Shown here one piece after another: positions 9,754 through 19,365 of a DNA stretch of 64,000 nt (position 1 is its first letter; the number at the start of each line of letters is the position of its first letter). Position numbers and translations under genes: made by a program. Under the pieces are notes generated by a model. That model made no database searches. It had not been told where the DNA came from and saw only the letters and a program-made list of their open reading frames with translations. The stretch lies in NCBI GenBank assembly GCA_964490395.1, contig CAZBAS010000007.1, positions 7,208 to 71,207 on the forward strand, read 5' to 3'. The DNA is from an uncultured Candidatus Saccharibacteria bacterium (GTDB taxonomy: Bacteria; Patescibacteriota; Doudnabacteria; UBA920).

Positions 9754-9904
9754 TGCTTAGCACCGGACACGTGCAGAATTTCGTTACCTTTTTACTTGTT
9801 TTGTCAGATGTAATAAAAGTGATTCGCCATTGCCCTTGCGGCCGCGAGTCACTTTTATGTATTTTAGTTCATTTTGGTTACGGTGCATGTGATATAATTA
9901 GCAT

Positions 9905-10660
9905 ATGGTTGATTTTGAAGTTCATAAACTTGAATTAGAAACGTTGGCGGAATATTTACTTTCCATCCGCGCTGATTTAGGTTTTACGGAAAACGAGGTA
10001 GTACAAAAAACTGGAATTACTTTAAAATTATTAATAGCACTTGAGACTGGCAATTTTAGAACAATGCCAGAGCCTGTGTATGTTGTTGGTTTCATAAAGA
10101 AGTTGGCAGCGCTCTATGAAATTCCGTGTGAGCCTTTAGTGCAACAATTTTATCGAGAGGCGCTCATTGCTGAGCACAATGATACCCTAGGCGCTTCAGC
10201 GGGCTGGAAGGCGTTAGCACAGCGATTGTCTCCTCTTCGGTGGACCTTGTTAGTTTCTGTGGCCGGTGGAGCTTTGTTTATTGCAGTATGCGTGTGGCAA
10301 ATTTTTGCGATTGGCAAAGTGCCCGATGTCTCGGTTATTACTCCAAAACCCAACGATAGAATTCAAAGCAGTCTTATTATGGTTTCAGGCCTCGCCACTC
10401 CGGGAAGTGAAGTGGCGCTCAATGGCCAGACCGTGTTCGCCGGTAGCGATGGAAAGTTTTCAAGTAGCATAAGTTTCTTTTCTGGTACGCAAACAGTGAC
10501 AGTAACGGCAAAAAGTCGTTTTGGAAAAGTCGCGACTAAAACCGTTCAGTTCGTCGTTGATGCTGGAGCGAGTAGTCCTATGGGACCATTTCTTCCCAGC
10601 GGTACTAGCGCCACTGCTCACGGCATTCCTACTGCAATGGTGCAGGGTGCAACTCGGTAA
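9905..10660 (+). CDS. RodZ-like HTH (XRE-type) membrane protein
   Basis: It has an N-terminal HTH (LSIRADLGFTENEVVQKTGITLKLLIALETGNF...YVVGFIKKLAALYEI), a single TM helix, and a Ser/Thr/Gly-rich C-terminal domain. A TTGGTT-17-TATAAT promoter lies upstream. Confidence 0.55.
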   Translation: MVDFEVHKLELETLAEYLLSIRADLGFTENEVVQKTGITLKLLIALETGNFRTMPEPVYVVGFIKKLAALYEIPCEPLVQQFYREALIAEHNDTLGASAGWKALAQRLSPLRWTLLVSVAGGALFIAVCVWQIFAIGKVPDVSVITPKPNDRIQSSLIMVSGLATPGSEVALNGQTVFAGSDGKFSSSISFFSGTQTVTVTAKSRFGKVATKTVQFVVDAGASSPMGPFLPSGTSATAHGIPTAMVQGATR

Positions 10661-10764
10661 TGATTTCTTCAGGTTACTAGGTCAATATAGCAACACAATA
10701 ATATAGCAAGGGCGCGACTACCTTCGTACTAGTAGTTATCTTGGTATGTTGTTAAATTGTTAAA

Positions 10765-11856
10765 TTGATATATATGGCAAAACCTACAAAAGCAAAGTCA
10801 AAAGTTCCGGCAGCGGATTCTGAAACCGGACGGTGGAAAGCCGTTGCAAGTGCACTCGATCAGATTCGCGATAAATTTGGCGAGGGGAGCATCATGAAGC
10901 TCTCCGATTCTAGAGCTCTGAATGTTGACACTACTCCAACGGGAAGCATTAGTTTAGATATTGCTCTCGGAGTTATGGGTATTCCAAAAGGGCGCATTAT
11001 TGAAGTCTATGGTCCAGAGAGCTCTGGAAAAACTACGCTCACCCTGCACATGATTGCTGAAGTGCAAAAGCGCGGCGGTCTTGCAGCGTTTATTGATGCA
11101 GAACATGCACTGGATCCAGAGTTTGCTAAAAACTTGGGTGTGAATGTAGATGACTTATTAGTGTCGCAGCCAGACTCCGGTGAACAAGCTTTGGATATTG
11201 CTGAAACGCTGGTCCGCAGCAATGCTGTTGACTTAATTGTGATAGACTCTGTTGCGGCGCTCACACCACGCGCTGAAATAGAAGGCGAAATGGGCGATAG
11301 TCACATGGGGCTACAAGCCAGACTTATGAGCCAGGCACTTCGCAAGCTTACCGGTATAATGTCAAAGTCGAAAACTACTGTTATCTTTATCAACCAAATT
11401 CGCATGAAAATTGGGGTTATGTTTGGTAACCCTGAGACTACGACCGGTGGGAATGCGCTAAAGTTTTATGCGTCTATTCGATTAGATGTTCGCCGCATAG
11501 CGCAAATTAAGAGCGGCGAAACAGTCATTGGAAGTAGGGTGAAAGTTAAAGTACTCAAGAATAAAGTGGCCCCACCGTTTAAAGTGGCAGAGTTTGATAT
11601 TATGTATCAACCGGGCAATTGGGGTATATCTGTTGCGGGTGATGACTTAGATACTGGGGTTGCACTCGGCGTGCTTGAAAAAAATGGTAATACCTATGTA
11701 TTTAAAGATACCAAGCTTGGTGTGGGAAGAGAAAATGCCAAAACGTTCTTGAGAGAGCATGCAGATACTCTGAAAGAACTTGATGAAGCCATTCGAGCAA
11801 AAGTGAAAGAGGGTATAAGCCTTCCTGCAGAAGTGGCAGCAGCAGATGAAGAGTAG
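10765..11856 (+). CDS. recA: Recombinase RecA
   Basis: Walker [11 protein letters not shown], the RecA L1/L2 loop regions and overall collinearity identify it. The likely start is MAKPTK at 10774. Confidence 0.95.
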   Translation: MIYMAKPTKAKSKVPAADSETGRWKAVASALDQIRDKFGEGSIMKLSDSRALNVDTTPTGSISLDIALGVMGIPKGRIIEVYGPESSGKTTLTLHMIAEVQKRGGLAAFIDAEHALDPEFAKNLGVNVDDLLVSQPDSGEQALDIAETLVRSNAVDLIVIDSVAALTPRAEIEGEMGDSHMGLQARLMSQALRKLTGIMSKSKTTVIFINQIRMKIGVMFGNPETTTGGNALKFYASIRLDVRRIAQIKSGETVIGSRVKVKVLKNKVAPPFKVAEFDIMYQPGNWGISVAGDDLDTGVALGVLEKNGNTYVFKDTKLGVGRENAKTFLREHADTLKELDEAIRAKVKEGISLPAEVAAADEE

Positions 11857-11891
11857 AGGGCTTAAGAATATCTAATTTCCAAAGTCAGAAT

Positions 11892-11924
11892 AAAATGCGG
11901 TACTTTACGGTACCGCATTTTACG
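11892..11924 (+). terminator. Rho-independent terminator after recA
   Basis: The stem AAAATGCGGTAC/GTACCGCATTTT with loop TTTA, followed by a U-tract. Confidence 0.7.
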
Positions 11925-12004
11925 TTTGCTAAAATTTGGCATTAGAAATTCGATATTTGTAGAGCGGGTTTGCCACATATCTACTGTCCCGGTATCATAT
12001 ATGC

Positions 12005-14218
12005 ATGAATGACAAGCAGCAAATCTATGCCAGCGTAGATTTAGAGCTTAGTGGATTTGATCCCGAAGCTGATGGAATTATTGAAATAGGAATACTGAGA
12101 TTCTGCGCGGAGGCAGGTGCTCTGACCGTTATTGACTCGTGGGGCTCGCTGGTAAGGCCAACAGCTGAAATTCGGAGCCGTGTTTTGGGCTTGACCGGGA
12201 TTGATTCTGTGGAGGCGAGTGCTGCGCCCCAGTGGGCGGAAGTGTTGCCGAAAGTGCAGGAGCTTTTAGGTGAGGCTATTATTTTAGGACACGGCGTTGA
12301 TTTAGACCGTAAGTTTCTGGAAGCCAAGGGTGTGGTATTACTTTCTAAGACCATAGACACGCTTGAACTCGCTCAAATATTTCTTCCAACCCATCATAGC
12401 TACAATTTAGAAAATTTGGCTCATGAGCTGCAGGTTGTGCACACAACAGCGCATCGTGCCCTTGCTGATGCAGAGGCAACATATGGCGTTTTAGAACAGT
12501 TGATAGGGGTCTATCAAGGCTTGCCTAAAAACCTTCAAAAAACTATTCAGCGCATTGCTGAACTGAGGCATATTGAGTGGGCAGCATTGTTTGCTGCGGT
12601 AACTCATGCAGTACCTGTAAAAATAGCTGCGTCTGGACCGATAGAGGTAGGACACCACACATTGCCTGTGCTACGGAGTTCAGGGATGGTCGTTACAGCC
12701 CCTGGTGAGCAGTATCTACCAAATTTTGAGGCGCTGAGAACCCATATCCCAACGTGGGTGGTGGCTCTGGCAGAGAGAGAACGAGTGTTGGCGCTAGCAA
12801 AACATGAGCATGTTGAGCCGTATCTCGGCGCGTTTGAATCGGTATCGCCTCGGGCGCTTGAAGAATTGCACGATAAGCTATCTGAATTGGGGCCTAGGGA
12901 AATCACTGCCTATTTAAAAGTGCTTGTGTGGCAAGCTCGAGAGTCTTCTCACGGTATATTAGCTGAGCTAAATTGGTCCATTATTGGTACAGAATTAAAG
13001 CGTTTATTCACAAACGGCTTTATTTCAAGGGTTCCGCTCGGAGTGGCGGTTTCGGACTTTCGCTCCCTACCCGATTTTAAAGATGGAAGGAATGTTTGGA
13101 TTGAACAGGCCGATAGCTATATTCAGTTTTTAGAGCAAAAAAGTGGGATGCAGGTGAGCTGGAATAGTATGCTCACTGCGCTTCGACAGGTGTATAACCC
13201 TGAAACTGGGTTTGGTGATGCCGCCCGTAGTAAGGATATTATAGAAGCAATAGCCCAAGTTGATGTATTTTATGCCCGAGTACTTCTTTTGTTTAAGCAA
13301 GAACTGCACCTAACTAGTGGGGTTGTATCTCCCGATTATGCTGGCGCGTATGTATGGTCCCGTATTACACAAGCAGCTGAAAATGTATGCGCCAAACTAC
13401 GAACGCTCTTTGAGCGAACCAAAGAAACTTCTATTAATCGTATTACGGAGAGCTTAAGCGCTTATTTCAGTCAACATGCAAAAGAAACAGAGGTTCGTTG
13501 GGTGGAATTCTCGGATAACCGATGTGTGTTTGTCCTCAGGCCAGTAGAGCTAACTGAGGTATTCAGGCAATCAACGGCCCAGAAAAAAGAAATAGTGCTA
13601 CAGACTGACGTGCGCAATAGTCTGCTCCAAAGCTATTTTGTAAAGCGCTTGGGATTTTCCAGTACCGCTACAAATGTTTCAGAGGAACTGAATGCTCCTA
13701 TTTTTCAGCGTGAACTTACTGTAATAGACGAGAGCGTAGAATTGGAAGTTTCGCGCAGGCTTGCGGGCATTCAAAATGGCATTATAATTTTCCCTACGTT
13801 AGAAAAACTAAAAAATTATTACGATTTACACTATGCCAAGCTTACTGCTGCCCCTGCTGTCGCGGCGGTAGGGGTACATGGTGGTGCGAATAAGGTTTTG
13901 CGGAACTTTAGTCATAGTAAGAAAACAATAGTCTTGGCGGCTTTGCCTAGCCTCGTGTCCTTTCTCCCGTTTTCGCTGAGCTTGTCTCATGTTCTCTTTG
14001 CCGATCTTCCTTTGGTAGATGTACGGCATCCATATCAAAGCAAATTAGCAAAGCAGTATTTCCCCGATGAGCAAAGTTATAAAAGTCATATTCAGCTTTT
14101 ACATTTTATTCAAACGCTTCGCGTATTTAACACCAAGGATCTCGCATTCTTAGAGCTTATGGCCCAAAAGAGTGATGAGCAAACGGCGAAATTTATCTTT
14201 GACGAAGTGTTTGGGTAA
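12005..14218 (+). CDS. DnaQ-like (DEDDh) 3'-5' exonuclease domain fused to a ~550-aa C-terminal region lacking Walker motifs (a DinG-like architecture with a degenerate or absent helicase)
   Basis: The Exo I motif is VDLELSGFDPEADGIIEIG. Exo II/III-like residues (HGVDLDRKFL and ...HRALADAEAT) are present. The remaining ~550 aa show no P-loop. Confidence 0.6.
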   Translation: MNDKQQIYASVDLELSGFDPEADGIIEIGILRFCAEAGALTVIDSWGSLVRPTAEIRSRVLGLTGIDSVEASAAPQWAEVLPKVQELLGEAIILGHGVDLDRKFLEAKGVVLLSKTIDTLELAQIFLPTHHSYNLENLAHELQVVHTTAHRALADAEATYGVLEQLIGVYQGLPKNLQKTIQRIAELRHIEWAALFAAVTHAVPVKIAASGPIEVGHHTLPVLRSSGMVVTAPGEQYLPNFEALRTHIPTWVVALAERERVLALAKHEHVEPYLGAFESVSPRALEELHDKLSELGPREITAYLKVLVWQARESSHGILAELNWSIIGTELKRLFTNGFISRVPLGVAVSDFRSLPDFKDGRNVWIEQADSYIQFLEQKSGMQVSWNSMLTALRQVYNPETGFGDAARSKDIIEAIAQVDVFYARVLLLFKQELHLTSGVVSPDYAGAYVWSRITQAAENVCAKLRTLFERTKETSINRITESLSAYFSQHAKETEVRWVEFSDNRCVFVLRPVELTEVFRQSTAQKKEIVLQTDVRNSLLQSYFVKRLGFSSTATNVSEELNAPIFQRELTVIDESVELEVSRRLAGIQNGIIIFPTLEKLKNYYDLHYAKLTAAPAVAAVGVHGGANKVLRNFSHSKKTIVLAALPSLVSFLPFSLSLSHVLFADLPLVDVRHPYQSKLAKQYFPDEQSYKSHIQLLHFIQTLRVFNTKDLAFLELMAQKSDEQTAKFIFDEVFG

Positions 14219-15015
14219 ATAATGCTGACTTATCCACAGTTTTGAAAAATGCGATTTTTGAGAAATGATGAAAAAAATATGTACTGCACATTTCTTCTGC
14301 TCATGAGTATGAGAGAATTAGGCTCTCTGGTGCATGAGAATTGACATAAGTTGAGATCAATTTTACAATACATAAGTAGACAAAAGAAATAGCTCTTTCA
14401 CAAATAAATAATAAGTGTCGGTTCTGCTTCGCAGGACTTATAATTGGACGAAGGAAATCTGCGCAGGAAGTCAGAATTAAGAAAGTAGAATTTCGAATTA
14501 AGTCTTAGTACATAATTTTAGATTCATACTTCGTGATTCGCTTTCTCATGCTCAGTTCTCCTTTAGCTCTTCGTCATAGATCGACCAGTCCGATCTGACT
14601 GTATAAAATAAAAATCAAAATGTAGGTACTTTCCGCTTTTGCGGATCAAAAATCAAAAAAATCAAAAATCAAAAAAATCAAAAGTACAACTTATTTTAGG
14701 TGGAAGACCACCATAAGAGGGGCTTAAGGTTCAGTTTGGCACTTAGACTTGGAATGTCAGACGCTATCTCATCTTTATTGGTGAGAAACTCCTTATAGTG
14801 ACGAAATTGTAACCTTACAACTCGGGTTAAAGACCTAGTTGTAAAGTTGCTCAAGCTATGGGGCTCCGCGCCTCTATTGGGTACTTTACAACCGTGGCCC
14901 TTAATAGGGGCGCATTTGCGTTTATAGAGCATATTCAGTATATTATCGATATATATAAATACGTTAGTCTTCGACTTATTTCTTTATATATACTTATAAT
15001 TTCTATAGAATTGCT

Positions 15016-15321
15016 ATGTTGCCAGCTGACTTTACAGAAAAAATGAAAATCCGCCTTATCGATATGAAGGCTAAACTAGAAGCTGAGCTTGCAGAGGTTA
15101 AGCCTCATACCGAGCTTGGTAATGATTATGATGATACGGCTTCCGAACTGCAAATTGATGAGGTGAATCAAGACGTCATTGCTCAAATTACAAGCGATCT
15201 GGAAAAGATTAATGCTGCTCTTCAAAAAATTGAAGATGGTACGTATGGTATTGACGACGAGGGTAATGAAATAAGTCCAGAGCGCCTTGAGGTATTGCCG
15301 TACGCAGATAAGGCTATCTAG
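15016..15321 (+). CDS. DksA/TraR-family protein, a cysteine-less variant (general stress protein 16O-like)
   Basis: It has a coiled-coil N-terminus and a C-terminal GTYGIDDEGNEISPERLEVLPYA that aligns with the DksA C4 zinc-finger region, but all four Cys positions are substituted. Confidence 0.55.
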   Translation: MLPADFTEKMKIRLIDMKAKLEAELAEVKPHTELGNDYDDTASELQIDEVNQDVIAQITSDLEKINAALQKIEDGTYGIDDEGNEISPERLEVLPYADKAI

Positions 15322-15327
15322 TAGTAT

Positions 15328-15807
15328 ATGGATACCAGTTCCACACATGTATCAACGAGCGAGGCTACTCCAGTGAGCCCGCTCGTTTGGTTTATAAGCA
15401 CAAGTATTTTAGTAGTGGCAGACGTTGCGAGTCGTGCTGCATGTTTTTCTTATTGCAACTTCACTCTTACCAAGTACATTGGACTCCATCCGTTCAAGAA
15501 TGAATATTTCGCATTTAGCATACCGTTGCCCTTGTGGTGCATGTATATGTTATACGGGCTAGTAATGACAGTGCTGGTTTGGTATGTTACTAGGCAATGG
15601 TTAAAGCTCGGAGTGTATATGAGAATGGCGTGGCTACTTATTGTCGCTGGGGCGGTGGTGAACGTAGGTGAGCGTCTGGCAATTGGCTATGTGCGCGATT
15701 TTATCCAAGTTGGTACCGGGTATTTGAACTTAGGTGATATCTACATACTCGTCGGAGTTGCATACTTGTTGTATCATAATAGTAGACACGCTCAGCGAAC
15801 TGTCTAA
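15328..15807 (+). CDS. lspA: Lipoprotein signal peptidase II
   Basis: It has four TM helices, with the conserved FAFSIPLP (N-x-G-x-AFS-like) and GAVVNVGERLAIGYVRDFI...NLGDIYI (GNxxDRxxxGxVxDF...FNxAD) boxes. Confidence 0.75.
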   Translation: MDTSSTHVSTSEATPVSPLVWFISTSILVVADVASRAACFSYCNFTLTKYIGLHPFKNEYFAFSIPLPLWCMYMLYGLVMTVLVWYVTRQWLKLGVYMRMAWLLIVAGAVVNVGERLAIGYVRDFIQVGTGYLNLGDIYILVGVAYLLYHNSRHAQRTV

Positions 15808-15889
15808 ATATCTACTCCTTTTTTCTCGCGCAGGCTCTGTGTCCCGGTGATGTATAAGGTGTTAGACTTTTGATATTTCATCGAAAGGT

Positions 15890-17398
15890 ATGGTTTCAAG
15901 AATTACAACCGCAACCGTAGTTGGTCTTGATGCTGAAGTTATAGAAGTAGAGGCCGATGTAACAAATGGCTTGCCCGCAACAATAATTGTGGGACTGCCT
16001 GACGCTGCTGTTCAGGAAAGTAAAGAGCGAGTGCGAAGCGCTCTAAAAAACTCCAGCTGCCAATATCCGCTGACCCGTGTTTCAGTAAATTTAGCTCCAG
16101 CAGATACGCAAAAAATTGGAACTTTGTTCGATGTTCCCATTGCCCTGGCCATTATCTTGGCTTCAGGGCAATTTTCTTTTTCTGCTCTGCACCGCTGGTT
16201 TGTTGGTGAGTTGTCGCTGGATGGCGCGGTGCGTGCTGTGCCCGGTGTACTTGCTATTGCGCTTAAAGCTAAAGAGTGTGGTGCGCAAGAGTTGTTTGTT
16301 CCTGTCCAAAACGCAGTCGAGGCATCTTTGGTGCAAGGGCTGGCGGTGTATCCTTACGGTAGTTTAAAAGAATTGCTTGCGCACTTGCTTGCTACTGCCA
16401 GTATTGCTATGCAGCCGCCAGCAGACCTGTCCCTGCTTTTTACACAGACCTCTGTAGGGCTTGATATGGCTGAGATTTCAGGGCAGGAGACCGCGAAACG
16501 TGCTCTGGAGATTGCTGCGAGTGGGGGGCACAATGTGCTTATGTCGGGCCCGCCTGGTTCTGGTAAGACGCTTTTAGCGCGGGCCATGACTAGTATTTTA
16601 CCGCGCATGGAGTTGTCGGAAAGTCTTGAACTGACAAAAATATATAGTATTGCAGGACAGCTTCCCGTGAGCGGAGTCATAACGCAGCGACCAGTGCGCA
16701 GCCCACACCATACGACTTCAAGTGTGGCCCTGGTTGGAGGGGGTGCGTCGCCTAAACCAGGCGAAATTACATTGTCGCACAGAGGCATCTTGTTTATGGA
16801 TGAATTACCGGAGTTTCCGCGTAATGTTCTAGAGGCGCTGAGACAACCGCTTGAAGACGGAATTGTGACTGTTTCAAGAGCAAAAAATACATTTACGTTT
16901 CCTGCTAAATTTATGCTTGTAGCAGCGCTCAATCCCTGTCCGTGCGGGTATTATGGCGACACAAGTAAACGATGCATTTGTACCCCTGCTCAAATTTTTA
17001 AATATCAAAAACGTTTGTCTGGTCCGCTGCTAGACCGGATAGATTTGCACATAGATGTGCCGAGGCTGTCCTATGAAAAAATGGCCGCTCCGGCTTTGGC
17101 AGAGGCTTCTTCTCATGTGCAAGCACGGGTCCAAGCAGCGCGAACTTTGCAATACAAAAGATTGGGAAGCGCAAAGACAAATAGTGAGATGAATGTAGTT
17201 GAGATTCGTCGGTACTGCTCTTTAGGTGAAGCGGAAAATAAAGTTCTGTCTCTTGCAACGCAAAAATATAGCCTATCTGGTCGGAGCATTCATCGTATGC
17301 TGAAAGTAGCTAGGACCATAGCAGACCTTTCAGGTTCAGAGACTATTACTGCAGACCATCTTGCTGAGGCATTTCAGTATCGCCCTAAAGAAGACTAA
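15890..17398 (+). CDS. comM: YifB/ComM family Mg-chelatase-like AAA+ ATPase
   Basis: It has an N-terminal Lon-like/ChlI domain, Walker A MSGPPGSGKTLLAR, Walker B ILFMDELPEF, and the C-terminal region typical of ComM. Confidence 0.85.
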   Translation: MVSRITTATVVGLDAEVIEVEADVTNGLPATIIVGLPDAAVQESKERVRSALKNSSCQYPLTRVSVNLAPADTQKIGTLFDVPIALAIILASGQFSFSALHRWFVGELSLDGAVRAVPGVLAIALKAKECGAQELFVPVQNAVEASLVQGLAVYPYGSLKELLAHLLATASIAMQPPADLSLLFTQTSVGLDMAEISGQETAKRALEIAASGGHNVLMSGPPGSGKTLLARAMTSILPRMELSESLELTKIYSIAGQLPVSGVITQRPVRSPHHTTSSVALVGGGASPKPGEITLSHRGILFMDELPEFPRNVLEALRQPLEDGIVTVSRAKNTFTFPAKFMLVAALNPCPCGYYGDTSKRCICTPAQIFKYQKRLSGPLLDRIDLHIDVPRLSYEKMAAPALAEASSHVQARVQAARTLQYKRLGSAKTNSEMNVVEIRRYCSLGEAENKVLSLATQKYSLSGRSIHRMLKVARTIADLSGSETITADHLAEAFQYRPKED

Positions 17399-17563
17399 AG
17401 GTCATTTCCCTTAGTCGTGCGCATGCCTACTCAATCATGCCAATTTCCATCATGTAGTCCCTATACTAAATACGAAGGCCTGCGCTACGCTGGAGGCTTC
17501 GGCAAGGCGAGCCGTCACAGATGGTTTTGAGGTTGCTCGAATGCTAGGCGAAGACAATCGCGG

Positions 17564-19111
17564 TTAGGGGAGGAGTTGGTAAATTGAGGTTGCGCTGTCT
17601 TCGTAGCGCAGAGAAAAATATTCTGGCGCTGCGGCAAGTACGTGTTTTAAGTATTTATTTCTCGAATTTTCTAAAAATATATAGTGAGCATGAAAGTGGT
17701 GCGCAAGGGTATTATGAATCATGGTTGGGTCCAGAGTGGTTTCGTTGGCAACAGATTTATAAAACAAGTATTCGTCTTTGTTCTGTAGGTACATGAACGT
17801 GGGATCAAGACCAACAATGTACGTATTGCGTTGGTTCCAATAAAAGAGTTGTGGAAATTCATCCCATTGGGTATTCCATACCGTACTTCCTTTGGGGCTG
17901 TTGTATAGTAACCAATCGGCCGCGGGTTTGTACCCTTGGGCTGGAGTTCCGTGCGTTAACGCTAGAAACGTTTGGGTAATGTTTTTAGCGAGTAATAGCA
18001 TGGTGCATATGCCCATAAACATGCTTAACGCTTTTCGAGAGGTTGGCCAGGCACTAACGCTAGACAAACTGAGTGTGCTTAGGGCCTGAGCGTATACAGT
18101 GGTAAGAGTGTATCCAGAGAATAGCAACGCACATGGTATCCAGTACTCTATGTATCTGCCGCTCTTAAGCATGACGAGAAATGTACACACACTCAGAGCA
18201 CCAAGCCAGCTTATGGTGAGGGCTGTGTGGGGTGCAAACTTTTTGTGGATGAGATTTTTTATAGCTATATAGAGGGCGAATATCCATGGTGCGGATATAA
18301 GTATATCCTGCGTGCTATCACGCCCAACGTTGTACGGTAGCCATTCGTAGCCCTGCTCCACAACGCCATGCAGCTGGAGTCCGCTGTCGACTATTTGTTG
18401 CCAAAGAAAGCTGGGGAGTGTTAATCGGTACGGGTGTGTAAGTATGCCGAGCCCGAGCCCTGCACAGATGTATACAAAAGATGTATACTCAAATTTTTTT
18501 GTGTAGAGATATACGCATATGGAGTAGAGTGCCGCGCACAAGGGCAGGAGTATGAACCCGCCGTAGAGCCATACCGCGACAAAAGCTATGAGAAAGAGGG
18601 GCCATGTGCGCTTTTGCGTAATATACCAGAGCGCCACGAGCAGCAGGGCTAAAAATAGTGGTACGGCTTTGACCAAGTTTAGCCTCAGAAGGAACGTAGC
18701 TGAGCCTGCCATGTATATGATGAGCCAGAGTGGTTTCCAAGATATGGTAAAGAACCGAAGTATAAACAAAAATGCAAGTAGGTTAACGCTGGTGAATAGT
18801 ACAGTCGCCAGATGAAGCTCTGCTATAGAGGTGAACGGTTTTAGGAGAACGTGAAACAGGTGCTGTTGGTCAGCAAATGTGTGCAGCAATGTTGTGTTTT
18901 GTAACCATGGAAATGTGCTAGTACCGTGGAGTATCTGTGCCAGCGATGCCATTCTACCATGGTAAAAGGCGTCAGCGTCAATAAACACGTGACGCGAAGC
19001 ATATTGTAGAAATGCTATGAGTATAATGCACCCAACAGCGGTGAGAGGAGTTGCGGGGTGCTTTAGTGTATTCACAATCGCTTTGTGTATGTTAGTACGC
19101 AGTGAGTTCAT
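17564..19111 (-). CDS. Polytopic membrane protein, candidate GT-C-fold glycosyltransferase (PMT/ArnT-like); paralog of 23439-25064
   Basis: It has at least 11 TM helices. The first extracytoplasmic loop carries a D-x-D-x-F-Y-H-G motif (IDADAFYHGRMA), reminiscent of GT39/GT83. The C-terminal soluble domain is shared with 23439-25064 (WNTQWDEFPQLFYWNQRNTYIVGLDP...). Confidence 0.5.
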   Translation of the reverse strand: MNSLRTNIHKAIVNTLKHPATPLTAVGCIILIAFLQYASRHVFIDADAFYHGRMASLAQILHGTSTFPWLQNTTLLHTFADQQHLFHVLLKPFTSIAELHLATVLFTSVNLLAFLFILRFFTISWKPLWLIIYMAGSATFLLRLNLVKAVPLFLALLLVALWYITQKRTWPLFLIAFVAVWLYGGFILLPLCAALYSICVYLYTKKFEYTSFVYICAGLGLGILTHPYRLTLPSFLWQQIVDSGLQLHGVVEQGYEWLPYNVGRDSTQDILISAPWIFALYIAIKNLIHKKFAPHTALTISWLGALSVCTFLVMLKSGRYIEYWIPCALLFSGYTLTTVYAQALSTLSLSSVSAWPTSRKALSMFMGICTMLLLAKNITQTFLALTHGTPAQGYKPAADWLLYNSPKGSTVWNTQWDEFPQLFYWNQRNTYIVGLDPTFMYLQNKDEYLFYKSVANETTLDPTMIHNTLAHHFHAHYIFLENSRNKYLKHVLAAAPEYFSLRYEDSATSIYQLLP

Positions 19112-19225
19112 AATTTCTGTATTGTCTCATTTTAGTATACTGCATCGCCCCCACAGATACTGGTAATGAACGAAAACTGCCCTTTGACAGGGTGCTCTGG
19201 TTTCGTCATCATATAGAGGCGTCCG

Positions 19226-19295
19226 TAGGACGGAATTTTCAATTTCTCCGCCCAAGGCGGACCCGCCCGGGCGGGCAATTTCTAATTTCTAATGT
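19226..19295. repeat. Dispersed ~55-bp repeat element (two GC hairpins CCGCC-CAA-GGCGG and CCCGCC-CG-GGCGGG, followed by a CTAATTTCTAAT motif); an inverted copy sits at 63941-64000
   Basis: The reverse complement of 63941-64000 matches 19240-19295 with about 5 mismatches over ~55 bp. Confidence 0.75.
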
Positions 19296-19365
19296 AATAC
19301 CTAAGTCCTATGATGATGCAGTCACTGTAGAACTGAAGTCTAGGGTTTACGTTCAACTATAGATT

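Noticed and set aside
7755-9770. Minus-strand ORFs (214, 110, 99 and 109 aa) inside ftsK
   Set aside because: They are antisense to a confidently identified gene with strong motifs.
16354-16932. A 192-aa minus-strand ORF
   Set aside because: It is antisense within comM.
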